Position numbers and translations under genes: made by a program
In this document: positions 32,425 through 42,387 of the stretch, one piece after another
Layout: each line of letters starts with the position of its first letter
Numbering within the stretch: the stretch's first letter is position 1
The notes under the pieces: generated by a model
The model's input: only the letters and a program-made list of their open reading frames with translations
The model's database searches: none
What the model was told of the DNA's origin: nothing
Source of the DNA: Gemmatimonadota bacterium
Lineage (GTDB): Bacteria; Gemmatimonadota; Gemmatimonadetes; Gemmatimonadales; GWC2-71-9
Direction of reading: 5' to 3'
Length of the DNA stretch: 64,000 bases
Assembly: GCA_036679605.1 (NCBI GenBank)
Contig: JAZDCZ010000085.1
Span: forward strand, 64,001-128,000

Positions 32425-34656
32425 TCAAGGCAAGCCCCGGCTGCCGGCCTCCGCCGGACCGGACGGATAGAGCGCTCGGTAGAGTTCTCTATTGCGAATA
32501 ACCGTCTTTAGATAACCCCGTGTCTCGGCATAGGTTACGGCCTCCACGAAACGTACGGGATCATCGGACCCTGGAACACGAAGCCAACGCCTTACTGGAG
32601 TTCCACCAGCGTTGTAAGCCGCCAGAGCAGGGGCTATCTCGCCTTTGTAAGTGCGCAGCAGTGCCGCGAAATGCGCCACGCCCAAATGCAGATTGGCGTC
32701 CGCGACCAACAGTAGCCTCCGGTCCCATTCGATGGAAAGTCCTCGAGCCACCCCTCTACCTGTCGGCGGCATGAGCTGCATCAAACCGTGCGCGCCGGCC
32801 CTGGAGATAGCGCCGGACTTGAACGAAGATTCCTGACGGATGAGCCCGGCAACGAGGTAGGGATCTACGTCAAATTCCCGGGCCTCTGCCTCAATCAAAT
32901 CACGCAAGGGCCATGGGAAAATCACCCGAAGGACTCTGGGATGATTGAGCGTGTACGCTTGCGCAGCACGCCAACCAAGCCGAATTCCCTCCGTAGTATG
33001 CCCACGCTTTATGAGCCCTTCAGCTAGATCCAAGAGTACGTTCGGCGGCCGGGGCCGACGCTCCATTATGGATCCGATTAGAACTTCCGCGTCCTTCTCG
33101 AACAGCGCTTCCGTTAGCACGTCCAAGGCTGCCAAGATTTCGAGCGCCGCACGGCTCATTGGCGCTTGTCGGATCGGGTCGACCTTCAAAGGAGGCAATC
33201 CCGCTGCTGTTCTAGCGATAGTTCCGTAATAGCCAATGGAGTCGGTCCGTGCCAAGCTCGCCCAAAGCCCCGACGCCTCCAGCGTGTCACCGCCGGCTGC
33301 AAATAGCTCGGCCATGCGATAGCTAGCTTGGTGCCTCTCTACCCCGGATCTACTGATTTCGACCTGGTACCACTGCTGGACAACTGCGGTATCTCCGGCC
33401 GCAAGTGCCCGTCTGGCCAGCCTGAAGCGTGACCTGGATGCGAAGATCGAGCGTGGCCAGCGCTCTGAAATGGCTTCGTACAATTCCTGACCGCCGCGCT
33501 GTGGCCGCGCTCGCATTTTTCGTTCAGCTACCGTATACAGTGCCTCCGCGGCACGCGCGTGCGCCGGGTGATTGTCAGCAAAATCTTCCAATGCGGCGAG
33601 ACCGGCCGATACTCTACCTAACCTCAGCTGAAGTCTACCCCGGCGAAATTCGGCGGCTAACCCAGATACCCCGCCCAGTTCGATTGCGCGGCGGTACGAA
33701 TTCAAAGCTTTGACACGCGAGCCGGTTTGGGCGAGGAGATCGCCCCACAACAACAGCGCCTCTGCGCTGGGAGGACCCACCTCGACAGATCGTGCAGCGA
33801 GCCCGACCGCTGCGCGCGCTCCCCTGAGCCTAAGAGTCGCCCGAGCAAGCGAGACGAATTCATCTTGGCTGCTAGGGGTCATCCGCCCCGTAAGTGCAAG
33901 CGCCTCCCGTAGGTGGACAGTATCCGGATCGCTCAACGCACCGTAAGTCAGGTTTCTAGCCCGGGCACTGTCTCCTCGTGCCAACGCCAGAACCGCGGCT
34001 CGAAGAGGTAATCCCGCTCTTACGAACATAATCGTCGCACCAGCGGTGTCTGAGGCTGCCAGCCGTAGCTCCGCGCGCGCACCCGCGGCAAGGGTGCGAG
34101 CAGCGCGCGGCACCGCAGCCAACAGCGAGAATGCGCGCGCAGTATCTGTCATGGTTCGTGCACGCCGAATCGCCAGCCAACTGCCAATCTCGGGCAAAAG
34201 GCTTGTGGCCAATCGGTATTGAGTATTGGCCGTTTCCTTTGCATTTGCATGTTCGAACGATTCGCCGGCGCGCGCGAAATAGACGCCGCGATTATGCCCC
34301 AGCGAAACTTCGGCCGCTGACACGAATAGCGTGGCCGCGCTGTCGAACCTACCCAACCTGTACTCGATCTCTCCCAGGATCGAATACAGCTCGCCCCCTA
34401 GCGCCATCCTGTCGCGATACTTCCTGAGGAGCGCACCGGCCAGTTTGGGTCTTCCCAGAACGAGTTCGAGCCGCGCAGCTCTAAGCACGTCAGCCGGGCG
34501 CGCTGAAGATTCTCCTAGCTTTGCCTCCAGGCCCACGGCCTCGTGCCACACCGCTATGTCGTTCCAGTGGGATGCATCCTGACCGATGCCACGCTGTGGG
34601 GTCAGCACCACCAATGCGTATGCCAGTGACACTGCGAGCCACTTCCGGTTGTCCAC
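32425..34656 (-). CDS. Slt-type lytic transglycosylase with TPR-like N-terminus
   Basis: IRQESSF, GLMQLMP, AAYNAG, ETRGY; GTG 34656 precedes a signal peptide (start uncertain). Confidence 0.85.
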   Translation of the reverse strand: MDNRKWLAVSLAYALVVLTPQRGIGQDASHWNDIAVWHEAVGLEAKLGESSARPADVLRAARLELVLGRPKLAGALLRKYRDRMALGGELYSILGEIEYRLGRFDSAATLFVSAAEVSLGHNRGVYFARAGESFEHANAKETANTQYRLATSLLPEIGSWLAIRRARTMTDTARAFSLLAAVPRAARTLAAGARAELRLAASDTAGATIMFVRAGLPLRAAVLALARGDSARARNLTYGALSDPDTVHLREALALTGRMTPSSQDEFVSLARATLRLRGARAAVGLAARSVEVGPPSAEALLLWGDLLAQTGSRVKALNSYRRAIELGGVSGLAAEFRRGRLQLRLGRVSAGLAALEDFADNHPAHARAAEALYTVAERKMRARPQRGGQELYEAISERWPRSIFASRSRFRLARRALAAGDTAVVQQWYQVEISRSGVERHQASYRMAELFAAGGDTLEASGLWASLARTDSIGYYGTIARTAAGLPPLKVDPIRQAPMSRAALEILAALDVLTEALFEKDAEVLIGSIMERRPRPPNVLLDLAEGLIKRGHTTEGIRLGWRAAQAYTLNHPRVLRVIFPWPLRDLIEAEAREFDVDPYLVAGLIRQESSFKSGAISRAGAHGLMQLMPPTGRGVARGLSIEWDRRLLLVADANLHLGVAHFAALLRTYKGEIAPALAAYNAGGTPVRRWLRVPGSDDPVRFVEAVTYAETRGYLKTVIRNRELYRALYPSGPAEAGSRGLP

Positions 34657-34900
34657 TATTCTCTGGGCTCCTTTGGAAACACTTTCAACAACAGCGACCA
34701 AAACGGTCACATACTGGGGGTTTTTGCGATCCCCTATTGCTTGATACACCAAAAAGCCCTCAATCGCAAAACCACCTAGGTCATGCAGCAATTAACGTGC
34801 GCCGCAGCGGAGCTGGGGGGGGGCAAATCCAGCACAAATGTCACAATGACTACCACTGCGACTTGCAGTCGCTCCACCGGGGCTGTTACTTTCGCGCTCA

Positions 34901-35818
34901 ATGCCAGCCGAAGACCTCACCGGACAAACGATTGCGGGGTACCGCCTGCTAGAGCAGGTGGGCGAAGGTGGAACCGCGCTAGTTTACAAAGCAGAGCATC
35001 CAGACCGTGGGATTTGTGCGCTCAAGATTCTTAAAGAACGGACGCGGAACGACCCAACCGCTGTGAAGCGCTTCCTCAGGGAAGCCGGCTACGGTGCCCG
35101 AGTTGACCATGTGTCAGTGGTGCGCACATACGAGTACGATCAAGAAGACGGCATCTATTACCTGGCCCTGGAGTGGGTCAACGGAGAGTCCCTTTCCAAG
35201 TTCGTTAAGCGCTCTGGTCGTGTGGCCCCTGAGCTGGTTGCGTATATCCTTGGACATCTGGCAGATGGTCTCCTCGCCTCGCACGCAGTCGGCATCATCC
35301 ACCGGGATCTCAAACCAGAAAACATCGTCTATGATCCGGAGACGAAGATCGTCAAACTGCTCGACTTCGGGATTGCACGGGATGCTCAGGAACCTTCGTC
35401 GGAGCGTCTTACCCGAACGGGATTCTTCGTCGGTACGTTGCAGTATGTGGCCCCGGAAGCTTTGTCCGGAGAACTCGTCGGCGAAGCCGCAGACATCTAT
35501 AGCGTGGCCAAGATCGCTTATTACATGCTCACCGGAGTGCATCCGCACACAGGTCGTTCACCAAGAGAGGTCTTCCAGCAACTTCTTACTCAACCACCAA
35601 CTCCGCTCAACGAGGCCGTGAAGGGTCTCAAGTTCCCGCCTCAACTCGAAGCAGCGGTAATGAAGGGGCTCGAACGCCAGCCGTCTGATCGGCAATCCAC
35701 TGTCGGCGAACTCGCCGACGATCTTGAGAAAGGCGCGAGAGCCGAGGCTCCGGTGGCCAAAGCAGGTGGTTTTCTAGGGGCTCTAAAATCGTTCGGCAAG
35801 AAGCGAGACAAAAACTAG
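34901..35818 (+). CDS. Hanks-type Ser/Thr protein kinase, cytoplasmic
   Basis: GEGGTALVY, ALK, HRDLKPEN, DFG, YVAPE, DIYS; no TM segment. Confidence 0.92.
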   Translation: MPAEDLTGQTIAGYRLLEQVGEGGTALVYKAEHPDRGICALKILKERTRNDPTAVKRFLREAGYGARVDHVSVVRTYEYDQEDGIYYLALEWVNGESLSKFVKRSGRVAPELVAYILGHLADGLLASHAVGIIHRDLKPENIVYDPETKIVKLLDFGIARDAQEPSSERLTRTGFFVGTLQYVAPEALSGELVGEAADIYSVAKIAYYMLTGVHPHTGRSPREVFQQLLTQPPTPLNEAVKGLKFPPQLEAAVMKGLERQPSDRQSTVGELADDLEKGARAEAPVAKAGGFLGALKSFGKKRDKN

Positions 35819-35851
35819 TAGTAGTAGTTACTACTACGTAATATTTGAGCA

Positions 35852-36442
35852 GTGGGGGACCACAAAATAGATCACCATTCCGCGCTCGTGACACTACTCA
35901 GAGAGCGCTCTTACCAGGTCGGACGCTTCACCCTCGCCTCGGGTCGCAAGACCTCCCACTATGTAGATGCACGCCACACGACCATGTCCGCAGCCGGCCT
36001 GCACCTAATAGGGCTCCTGGGGCTCGCCGAAATTCGGCGAGCCAATTGGCACCCGGCCTCGGTCGGAGGGCTCACTTTGGGCGCAGACCCATTCTCCTAC
36101 GCTATCGCCCTGGCCAGCCGACGAGACCCGCCTGAGATTGACGCCTTCACCGTGCGAAAAGAGCCGAAGGGACACGGTTTGCAACGTCAGATAGAGGGGT
36201 GCTTCGTACAACGGGAACGTGTCGTAGTACTGGAAGACGTGGTCACCACCGGCGGTTCTGCCCTCAAGGCTATTGAGATCTTGGTTGAATCAGGAGCCGA
36301 CATCGCTGGGGTACTGGCCGTTGTTGATCGGGAAGAGGGTGGAGAAAACGCCATCGAGAACGCTGGGTACGCGCTTCGCTCGCTGGTCACACTGACAGAC
36401 TTGATCGGAGGTTCCCCGGGCGATCAGCGTGAGCAGACATGA
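35852..36442 (+). CDS. pyrE: orotate phosphoribosyltransferase
   Basis: [41 protein letters not shown]. Confidence 0.93.
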   Translation: MGDHKIDHHSALVTLLRERSYQVGRFTLASGRKTSHYVDARHTTMSAAGLHLIGLLGLAEIRRANWHPASVGGLTLGADPFSYAIALASRRDPPEIDAFTVRKEPKGHGLQRQIEGCFVQRERVVVLEDVVTTGGSALKAIEILVESGADIAGVLAVVDREEGGENAIENAGYALRSLVTLTDLIGGSPGDQREQT

Positions 36443-38028
36443 CCGGAGATGAGCAACGCCGGGAAGATCTGGCGATCCTAGCCCAGAGTCAGAAGCGGCG
36501 ATGGGTCATGCTGACGTTCGGTTTCTTGGCGGTTGCACTCGGCTTGATGGTCGGTTGGGTTCGAGCATCTCCTACGACCCTTGCCATGATCTTTCTTGCG
36601 GCTGCCGCTAGCAACATTCTCTTTGTCCCCATGATACGAGGGGCTGGAGATTCCAGATGGCTGGTCTTTTTGTCGGCTGTTTTCGACATCGCCATAGCCG
36701 CTCTGGTGGTCCTATTCTACAGATCGGGCGCCATGGCCACCGTGTTTCTGTTGGCTATTCTACCGTATTCAGCCAGCAGCAGGTTCAAGACTGGAGACAC
36801 ACTCGCTGTGGCCGCTGCACTGACCTTCTTGGTAGTGGTGAACCTCCCCCTGACTTCACAGCAACCGCGATCATTATCGGAGATTCCCTCCATACGGTAT
36901 CTTGAAACCGCCACCCTGTTCTTGGTGGGAGCGGCGCTTATGCGTCTGTCCCGCCGCTTCATGCGTCGGATTGCAGATTTGCGCTCGGTCCTGGCCAACG
37001 TTGGGGCCAGGGCGTCCTTGCCTGCTGCAGTTGACTCGCCCCACGACGAACTTGGGTTGCTCGGATCTTCGTTAGATCGCCTGCTCGGCGAATTGGAGCT
37101 GGTTCGCACAACTGCGAGTCAGGCAGGCGAGGAAGTTCGTAGCTTCTCTCGAACCTTGGTCGACTCGACGCAATCCCTAACGACGGCGGCGCAAACGATC
37201 GAATCGACCACTCGTGCACTTGCCACCGACATCGGCGAACATGGTCAGAGCACGATGACAGTTGGTACACAGGGTGATACCGCTCTGATTGGTTCAGAGT
37301 TGGGCGCCCAGGCACACATGCTAGGGGCAGACTCCGTTCGGTTGGCAGAGCTAGCCGCCAACGGGCACGATCTCTTGGAACAAGCGTCCAAGACGTTAGC
37401 CGCACTTGGTAGCGACATTGAATCTTCGGAAACCGCAGTGAGCCTGCTCGCACAGTTGTCGAAACGAATCGAGGTATTGGCTCAAGGTTCAGGTCGAATC
37501 GCCCGCCAGACCCATGTGCTTGCTCTCAATGCCGCAATAGAATCGGCCAGGGCGGGGGACCAAGGAGAGGGGTTCGGGGTCGTGGCCGAGCAGGTGCGTA
37601 ACCTAGCTGGTGAGGCTGGTATATCAGCTCGGGACATGACGGGTCTGTTGAGTGAGTTGAGAACACATGTGGAATCGGTGGCCGGGACCCTAGCTACAGA
37701 CGGTGAAAAGGTGAAAACGGTGGCTCACGCCGCCACTCAAGCCAGTGGCACCATGGATGATTTACATCGACGACTCCAGCAAGCTTCCGACTTGGCCTCG
37801 CAAACTAGAGCCGTGATCCGCACGTTGATTGACCAGAACTCAGATCTGGTCGAAACCCTGTCAGATTCTGCCGCGAACAGTCGCGCTTGGCTCGGCAAGG
37901 CGGAGACGGGATTGCAAGCGTTGTCATCTCAAGTCCAGACTTTGGAAGAACTGAACCAGCGGGCGAGCAAGCTCTCAGAAGTGGGCAGTAGGCTCCGGGC
38001 TACCGGCCATCTCCATACCAACGACTGA
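36439..38028 (+). CDS. methyl-accepting chemotaxis protein with polytopic membrane N-terminus
   Basis: [34 protein letters not shown] signalling hairpin; HAMP-like DELGLLG; several TM helices. Confidence 0.85.
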   Translation: MTGDEQRREDLAILAQSQKRRWVMLTFGFLAVALGLMVGWVRASPTTLAMIFLAAAASNILFVPMIRGAGDSRWLVFLSAVFDIAIAALVVLFYRSGAMATVFLLAILPYSASSRFKTGDTLAVAAALTFLVVVNLPLTSQQPRSLSEIPSIRYLETATLFLVGAALMRLSRRFMRRIADLRSVLANVGARASLPAAVDSPHDELGLLGSSLDRLLGELELVRTTASQAGEEVRSFSRTLVDSTQSLTTAAQTIESTTRALATDIGEHGQSTMTVGTQGDTALIGSELGAQAHMLGADSVRLAELAANGHDLLEQASKTLAALGSDIESSETAVSLLAQLSKRIEVLAQGSGRIARQTHVLALNAAIESARAGDQGEGFGVVAEQVRNLAGEAGISARDMTGLLSELRTHVESVAGTLATDGEKVKTVAHAATQASGTMDDLHRRLQQASDLASQTRAVIRTLIDQNSDLVETLSDSAANSRAWLGKAETGLQALSSQVQTLEELNQRASKLSEVGSRLRATGHLHTND

Positions 38029-38048
38029 CCGCCCCTCCCGCCATTTCG

Positions 38049-38906
38049 TCATCCTAAGTGCCCGAGGTAGCCCACCCCATTTTCGAGCGGATGAAAAGTT
38101 CGAAATGTGTTGCGGAAGGGAACGATCAGCCGCTCAACAAGTTCCTTGAGCGCGGATTCGAACGAAGACCTGCGACGAAACTCGCTCGCTGTTGCACCGG
38201 TCAACGTGCGCAGATGGCGGCAGAAGCTCTGGGGTGATGAAAATTCCAGTCGGTATGCCACATCGGCGATTGAGATCCCCGGCATTTCTAGTAGAGCTGC
38301 CGCGTATGTAAGCCGGGTCGCCGCAAGATATTGTCTGGGAGAGGGAAGATCCGCCCTCAGAAACCTAGACATGAACGTGGAGGGCGCGACGTGCAGACAC
38401 TCTGTGAGAGCATTGACAGTCCTGAGACCCGGTGCAAGGCGAACTATCACTTCGAAAACTTTGCGACAATCGTGGGTCGGCTGGCCTAGGGCGGGCAGTA
38501 CAGCACCAAAAATTCTCGCTGCGGTCGCGGAGGTTGGTTGCGACAACAGCTCGCGGAGAAACTGCCAGCCCGCTCGACCGCTCAAATCGATCATTCTTCG
38601 CACGCCGTAGGCTCCGAGTTCCAGCAGTCGCTCACTGCTAGCCGAATCGTGGCGTGAGACCAAAGCCACTGTCGATACTGCGGGGAATCCGTCGACGAGC
38701 GTGGCCACAGCCGGAAGATCCTCTCTGCTTACGCAACTGGGAGAGACGAACACCGCCTGGACCGGCCGCTCCCTAACCGCCCGCAGGACCTCACGTATTG
38801 TTCTCGCATGGAACGGGGAAAACCGACCCTGTGCAACTGCGTCGATACTGGCTCGGACTCCTGGTTCAATCACCGTCGCAACAGTGGTGGCATCGCAACC
38901 TGACAC
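38049..38906 (-). CDS. AraC family transcriptional regulator
   Basis: C-terminal SIADVAYRLEFSSPQSFCRHLR...ASEFR HTH; AAGGAG RBS before GTG. Confidence 0.82.
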   Translation of the reverse strand: MSGCDATTVATVIEPGVRASIDAVAQGRFSPFHARTIREVLRAVRERPVQAVFVSPSCVSREDLPAVATLVDGFPAVSTVALVSRHDSASSERLLELGAYGVRRMIDLSGRAGWQFLRELLSQPTSATAARIFGAVLPALGQPTHDCRKVFEVIVRLAPGLRTVNALTECLHVAPSTFMSRFLRADLPSPRQYLAATRLTYAAALLEMPGISIADVAYRLEFSSPQSFCRHLRTLTGATASEFRRRSSFESALKELVERLIVPFRNTFRTFHPLENGVGYLGHLG

Positions 38907-39027
38907 TCGCGAGTCGCTCCTTAGAAAGTGGTCGGCGACGACTATACGATCGCGGTATCAACCAACCATCAACCTCCAGCTCCCGGTCTCAACACAGCCT
39001 CCGTCCCTTCATCCTCAGATAGTCAAG

Positions 39028-39036
39028 TGGTATCTT
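39028..39036 (+). promoter_or_regulatory. putative extended -10 promoter of rnpB
   Basis: TGgTATCTT 7 nt upstream of the P1 helix. Confidence 0.4.
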
Positions 39037-39043
39037 GTGGGCG

Positions 39044-39408
39044 GTGGTGGAGCGTGACGGTCGCGGCTCGTTCCTAGAGCGGGTCGAGGAAAGTCCGAGC
39101 TCCGCAGGGCAGACTGCCAGGTAACGCCTGGGCGCCGGAAGGCGATGGACAGGGCCACAGAAAAGAAACCGCCCACCTCTCTTGGTGGGTAAGGGTGAAA
39201 AGGTGGGGTAAGAGCCCACCGCGCGGTTGGTAACAGCCGCGGCACGGTAACCCCCAGTCGGAGCAAGGCCAAATAGGCAGCGAGGCCCGGCCCGGGCCAG
39301 TGAGCTGCGGGTAGGCCGCTCGAGGTAGCGGGTGACCGCTATCCCAGATAGATGACCGTCTGTATGCCCTAGGGTATGCGAACTGGACTCGGCTTACGGC
39401 TCCACCAC
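39044..39408 (+). ncRNA. rnpB: RNase P RNA (bacterial type A)
   Basis: GAGGAAAGTCCGAGCTC, CCACAGAAA, GGTGAAAAGGTGGGGTAAGAGCCCACC, GAGCAAGGCCAAATAG, CTCGGCTTA; P1 GTGGTGGAGC/GCTCCACCAC. Confidence 0.96.
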
Positions 39409-39485
39409 TCCTCGCTCTGCCGATCGGCGAGGACAGCTGAAAGAGCCGTCCTGCTAGGAAATTACAAATATGACCCTGAAAGGAC

Positions 39486-39599
39486 ATGCGACATAGGGGC
39501 TGGCACCTGCTCAAGGTATCCCAGCAGCAGGGTGACATGGTCGCGGTGTTCGGCCGCACGAAGGAGGAATTGCTCTTGAAAAAAGAACTATCCCATTGA
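39486..39599 (+). CDS. putative 37-aa small protein or gene remnant
   Basis: MRHRGWHLLKVSQQQGDMVAVFGRTKEELLLKKELSH; TGA overlaps the TTG start of the next gene; below the ORF-track cutoff. Confidence 0.4.
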   Translation: MRHRGWHLLKVSQQQGDMVAVFGRTKEELLLKKELSH

Positions 39600-40423
39600 G
39601 GCGGCTCGGAATCACTGCGGCGGTATGCGCGATCGTGATCGCCGGATGCAGCAGCTCGGCAAGCAACGGCCCGGCCCCTGTTGAGCGAGCGACCTATCAA
39701 CCTTACAACGCCGGCTACAGAGGCATCACGGTGGGCCAAATCGAGCAAGAGTTCAACGGCCAGGTGATAGCCAACCAATTCGGGAAGGAGTACTTCGTCA
39801 CGGCTGAGGTGGTCGCTGCAACCCCAACCTTGAGTGCGACGCTGGTCCTAGATTCCATTATCAACGTCCGAGGGTCCGGGTCGGCAGCTTCTGCCGAGCA
39901 AGCCCCTGCTGCCTGGGGGACAATCTTCACGGGAACGCTAGCGACCACCGGAGAGATCGTAGACTTTCACGGCAGCTCCATTGTCGCGGGGGTCGCAAAG
40001 GAGCTGGTCGACCGACTATTCAAGCAGTTCTTCCCCCGGATTCCCCGTGATGGTGCCGAGGCCGGTGCGCTCTGGACCGACACACTGGAAACCACGGCAG
40101 ATGTCGGGGGAGTGAGGAGCAATGTCCATGCGGTGAACAATCACTCCGCTACCGGTTGGGTCACACACGCCGGCCGGCGTGCATTTCACATCGTCTCCGA
40201 GGCGCAGTATGTGTTTTCCGGGTCAGGCACCCAGGCAGGTCAAGAGTTCACATTGGAAGGAAAAGGGCACCGGGTCACGCACCAGTACATAGGAGCGGAC
40301 GGCAGCTATCTGGGGTTCACCGCAACAGACTCTGCCCAGGCGCAGGCCAAGTTGACTCAATTGGGATTGGTCATCCCGGTGCGGCAACAACGATTTGACA
40401 CTCTCACAGTGATAGCGCATTGA
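39596..40423 (+). CDS. hypothetical lipoprotein
   Basis: signal peptide with IAG/C lipobox followed by SSS; beta-rich body. Confidence 0.75.
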   Translation: MRRLGITAAVCAIVIAGCSSSASNGPAPVERATYQPYNAGYRGITVGQIEQEFNGQVIANQFGKEYFVTAEVVAATPTLSATLVLDSIINVRGSGSAASAEQAPAAWGTIFTGTLATTGEIVDFHGSSIVAGVAKELVDRLFKQFFPRIPRDGAEAGALWTDTLETTADVGGVRSNVHAVNNHSATGWVTHAGRRAFHIVSEAQYVFSGSGTQAGQEFTLEGKGHRVTHQYIGADGSYLGFTATDSAQAQAKLTQLGLVIPVRQQRFDTLTVIAH

Positions 40424-41253
40424 GGCCGTTAGTCCTTCTCTGCACAATCTGTCTATCACTGACCTCAGTGAAGGCGGGCGCCCAGGTCATTCACCCGCGA
40501 TCCGCTGACTACCTCTTCACCAGCGCTGCTACCGATGCGCGGGCGCTTTGGGTCAATCCTGCAGGGCCAGCCTCGTCATCCGATGCTTCTGTATACGGTG
40601 AGTTGCTGTTCGAGCGACCGCAGTCAGATATTCGCCTGTCACAGTGGGGTTTTGGCTTTAGTTCTCGCGGATTCTCGTTTGGATACTTGAGGGATCGTGT
40701 AGGCGGAGGAATAACGAATCAAGCATACCGCATTGGCCTAGCTCGCGGATTCAGGGGTGGATCAGCCGGACTTTCAATGGGCTTCTACAAGGGAGCGTCG
40801 ACCAACCGCGGTGTCGATCTCGGTGTCCGCTACACGTTCCTGCCAGCGGTCGATTTTGCTGTCGTACTTCGGAATATCGGCCAGCCGCTCATTCGCACCG
40901 AGCAGATCCCGTTCACAGGTGTAGCCGGTGTCAGCTGGACTGGTTTGACCAGCCATGTTGATCTGATGGGCGAGCTGGTAGGCGCTAATAGGATTGGGCG
41001 GTCCGGCTACGATATTTCATACCGCACCGGTGCTCGCATACAACTTGGGCGGCCGATCCCGATCATGGCTCTGGCGGCCATCGATTTCGCGAGCGATCTG
41101 GGCATTGATCGCTTGACGATCGGAATCTCCATCGGTGGCAACAGGAAAGTACTGCTGGCTGGGACTGTTGTTCCAACTGCCGGTGCCGCGGATTTCAATC
41201 AACTCAGCGTGACTGGCGTGGCCGTTGATCCACTTGGAAGTCAGCAGCGCTAA
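40420..41253 (+). CDS. putative outer-membrane beta-barrel protein
   Basis: signal peptide, ALWVNPAG motif, alternating amphipathic Gly/aromatic strands. Confidence 0.6.
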   Translation: MRPLVLLCTICLSLTSVKAGAQVIHPRSADYLFTSAATDARALWVNPAGPASSSDASVYGELLFERPQSDIRLSQWGFGFSSRGFSFGYLRDRVGGGITNQAYRIGLARGFRGGSAGLSMGFYKGASTNRGVDLGVRYTFLPAVDFAVVLRNIGQPLIRTEQIPFTGVAGVSWTGLTSHVDLMGELVGANRIGRSGYDISYRTGARIQLGRPIPIMALAAIDFASDLGIDRLTIGISIGGNRKVLLAGTVVPTAGAADFNQLSVTGVAVDPLGSQQR

Positions 41254-41277
41254 CTCGCCCTTAGCAAGTCTCCCAGC

Positions 41278-42387
41278 TCAATCTAGAAGACGTAGCGGCA
41301 TCACCAGACAGGTATAGGTTGCCGGATCATCCCAACCCACAGGCTCGACCGTTGCGGCGCGTTCCGGCGCCTTGAACGTAAGCCTAATTTCGTCTGTCGG
41401 CATAAACTTCAGTATGTCGAGCAGATAGTTCGCGTTGAAACCGATCTCCAACTCTTCTCCCCCATAGGATATCGCGATCTCGTCAGACGCCTCTCCTAGG
41501 TCCGGAGTGCTCACTGAAAACCTCAATGAATCGCTGCCAAACGCCAGCCTCACACGATGCGTTTGGTCACTCGCTACGACACCTACCCTTCTCAATGCTG
41601 ATATGAGGGTACTCTTTTCGACCGTGGCCTCTTTATCGTTATCCTTCGGGATGACCTGCTCGTAGTTGGGGTACGGTCCCTCTATGAGACGGGTGAAGAT
41701 GAGAGTCGAACTGCTCCTAAAGCCCAAGTGGTTATCGCTCCTAGCGATGTCGACTTCATCCGAGGTCCCAAACAGACGCCGGACCTGATCGAGAGCTTTT
41801 GGTGGGATTATCAGGTCGGTCGATGTGCCCCCACCGGATATCGGCACATCCATTCTTGCTAGCCTATGGCCGTTCGTTGCTACCATCCGCATATAGTCGC
41901 TACGAAGTTCCCATAGAACGCCGTTCAGAATGGGTCGGCTCTCTTCTGTGGACGCGGCGAATGCGACGTGGTTTATGAGTTTCTGAAGATCGCTTGATGT
42001 AGCTGTCCAGCTATCCTTGAAATCGACCGGTGGGAAGGTCGGGAACTCTTCCTTGGGAATTCCGAGCAGCTTGAACTTTGAGCGGCCACATTCGAGATTG
42101 ATCCGCTGTTCACCCACGCTGGTAATTCGAATCGCCGCACTGGGAAGTTCACGAACGATTTCAACCAATTTTTTAGCGGGGAGTGTAGTCGAGCCTTCCT
42201 CATCGATCTCAGCAGGTACGACCGTGCTGACTGCAATGTCGAGGTCGGTACCAGATAACCGGACTCCTTCTTCTGAAGCTTCGACGAGAATATTCGAAAG
42301 CACAGGGAGAGTTGTCTTTGCCGGTACACTAGCCGCTACAGCCAAAAGACCTTCCTGTAATCGTTCTCTGGTGATGGTGAACTTCAT
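41278..42387 (-). CDS. dnaN: DNA polymerase III beta sliding clamp
   Basis: PVLSNIL, GTDLD, SRPILNGV, VATNGHRLA, RLIEGPYPNYEQVIP, IGFNANYL, VMPLR. Confidence 0.97.
   Translation of the reverse strand: MKFTITRERLQEGLLAVAASVPAKTTLPVLSNILVEASEEGVRLSGTDLDIAVSTVVPAEIDEEGSTTLPAKKLVEIVRELPSAAIRITSVGEQRINLECGRSKFKLLGIPKEEFPTFPPVDFKDSWTATSSDLQKLINHVAFAASTEESRPILNGVLWELRSDYMRMVATNGHRLARMDVPISGGGTSTDLIIPPKALDQVRRLFGTSDEVDIARSDNHLGFRSSSTLIFTRLIEGPYPNYEQVIPKDNDKEATVEKSTLISALRRVGVVASDQTHRVRLAFGSDSLRFSVSTPDLGEASDEIAISYGGEELEIGFNANYLLDILKFMPTDEIRLTFKAPERAATVEPVGWDDPATYTCLVMPLRLLD

Noticed and set aside
39015..39778. Minus-strand ORFs of 85 and 234 aa
   Set aside because: Antisense to the RNase P RNA and the lipoprotein gene; typical spurious calls
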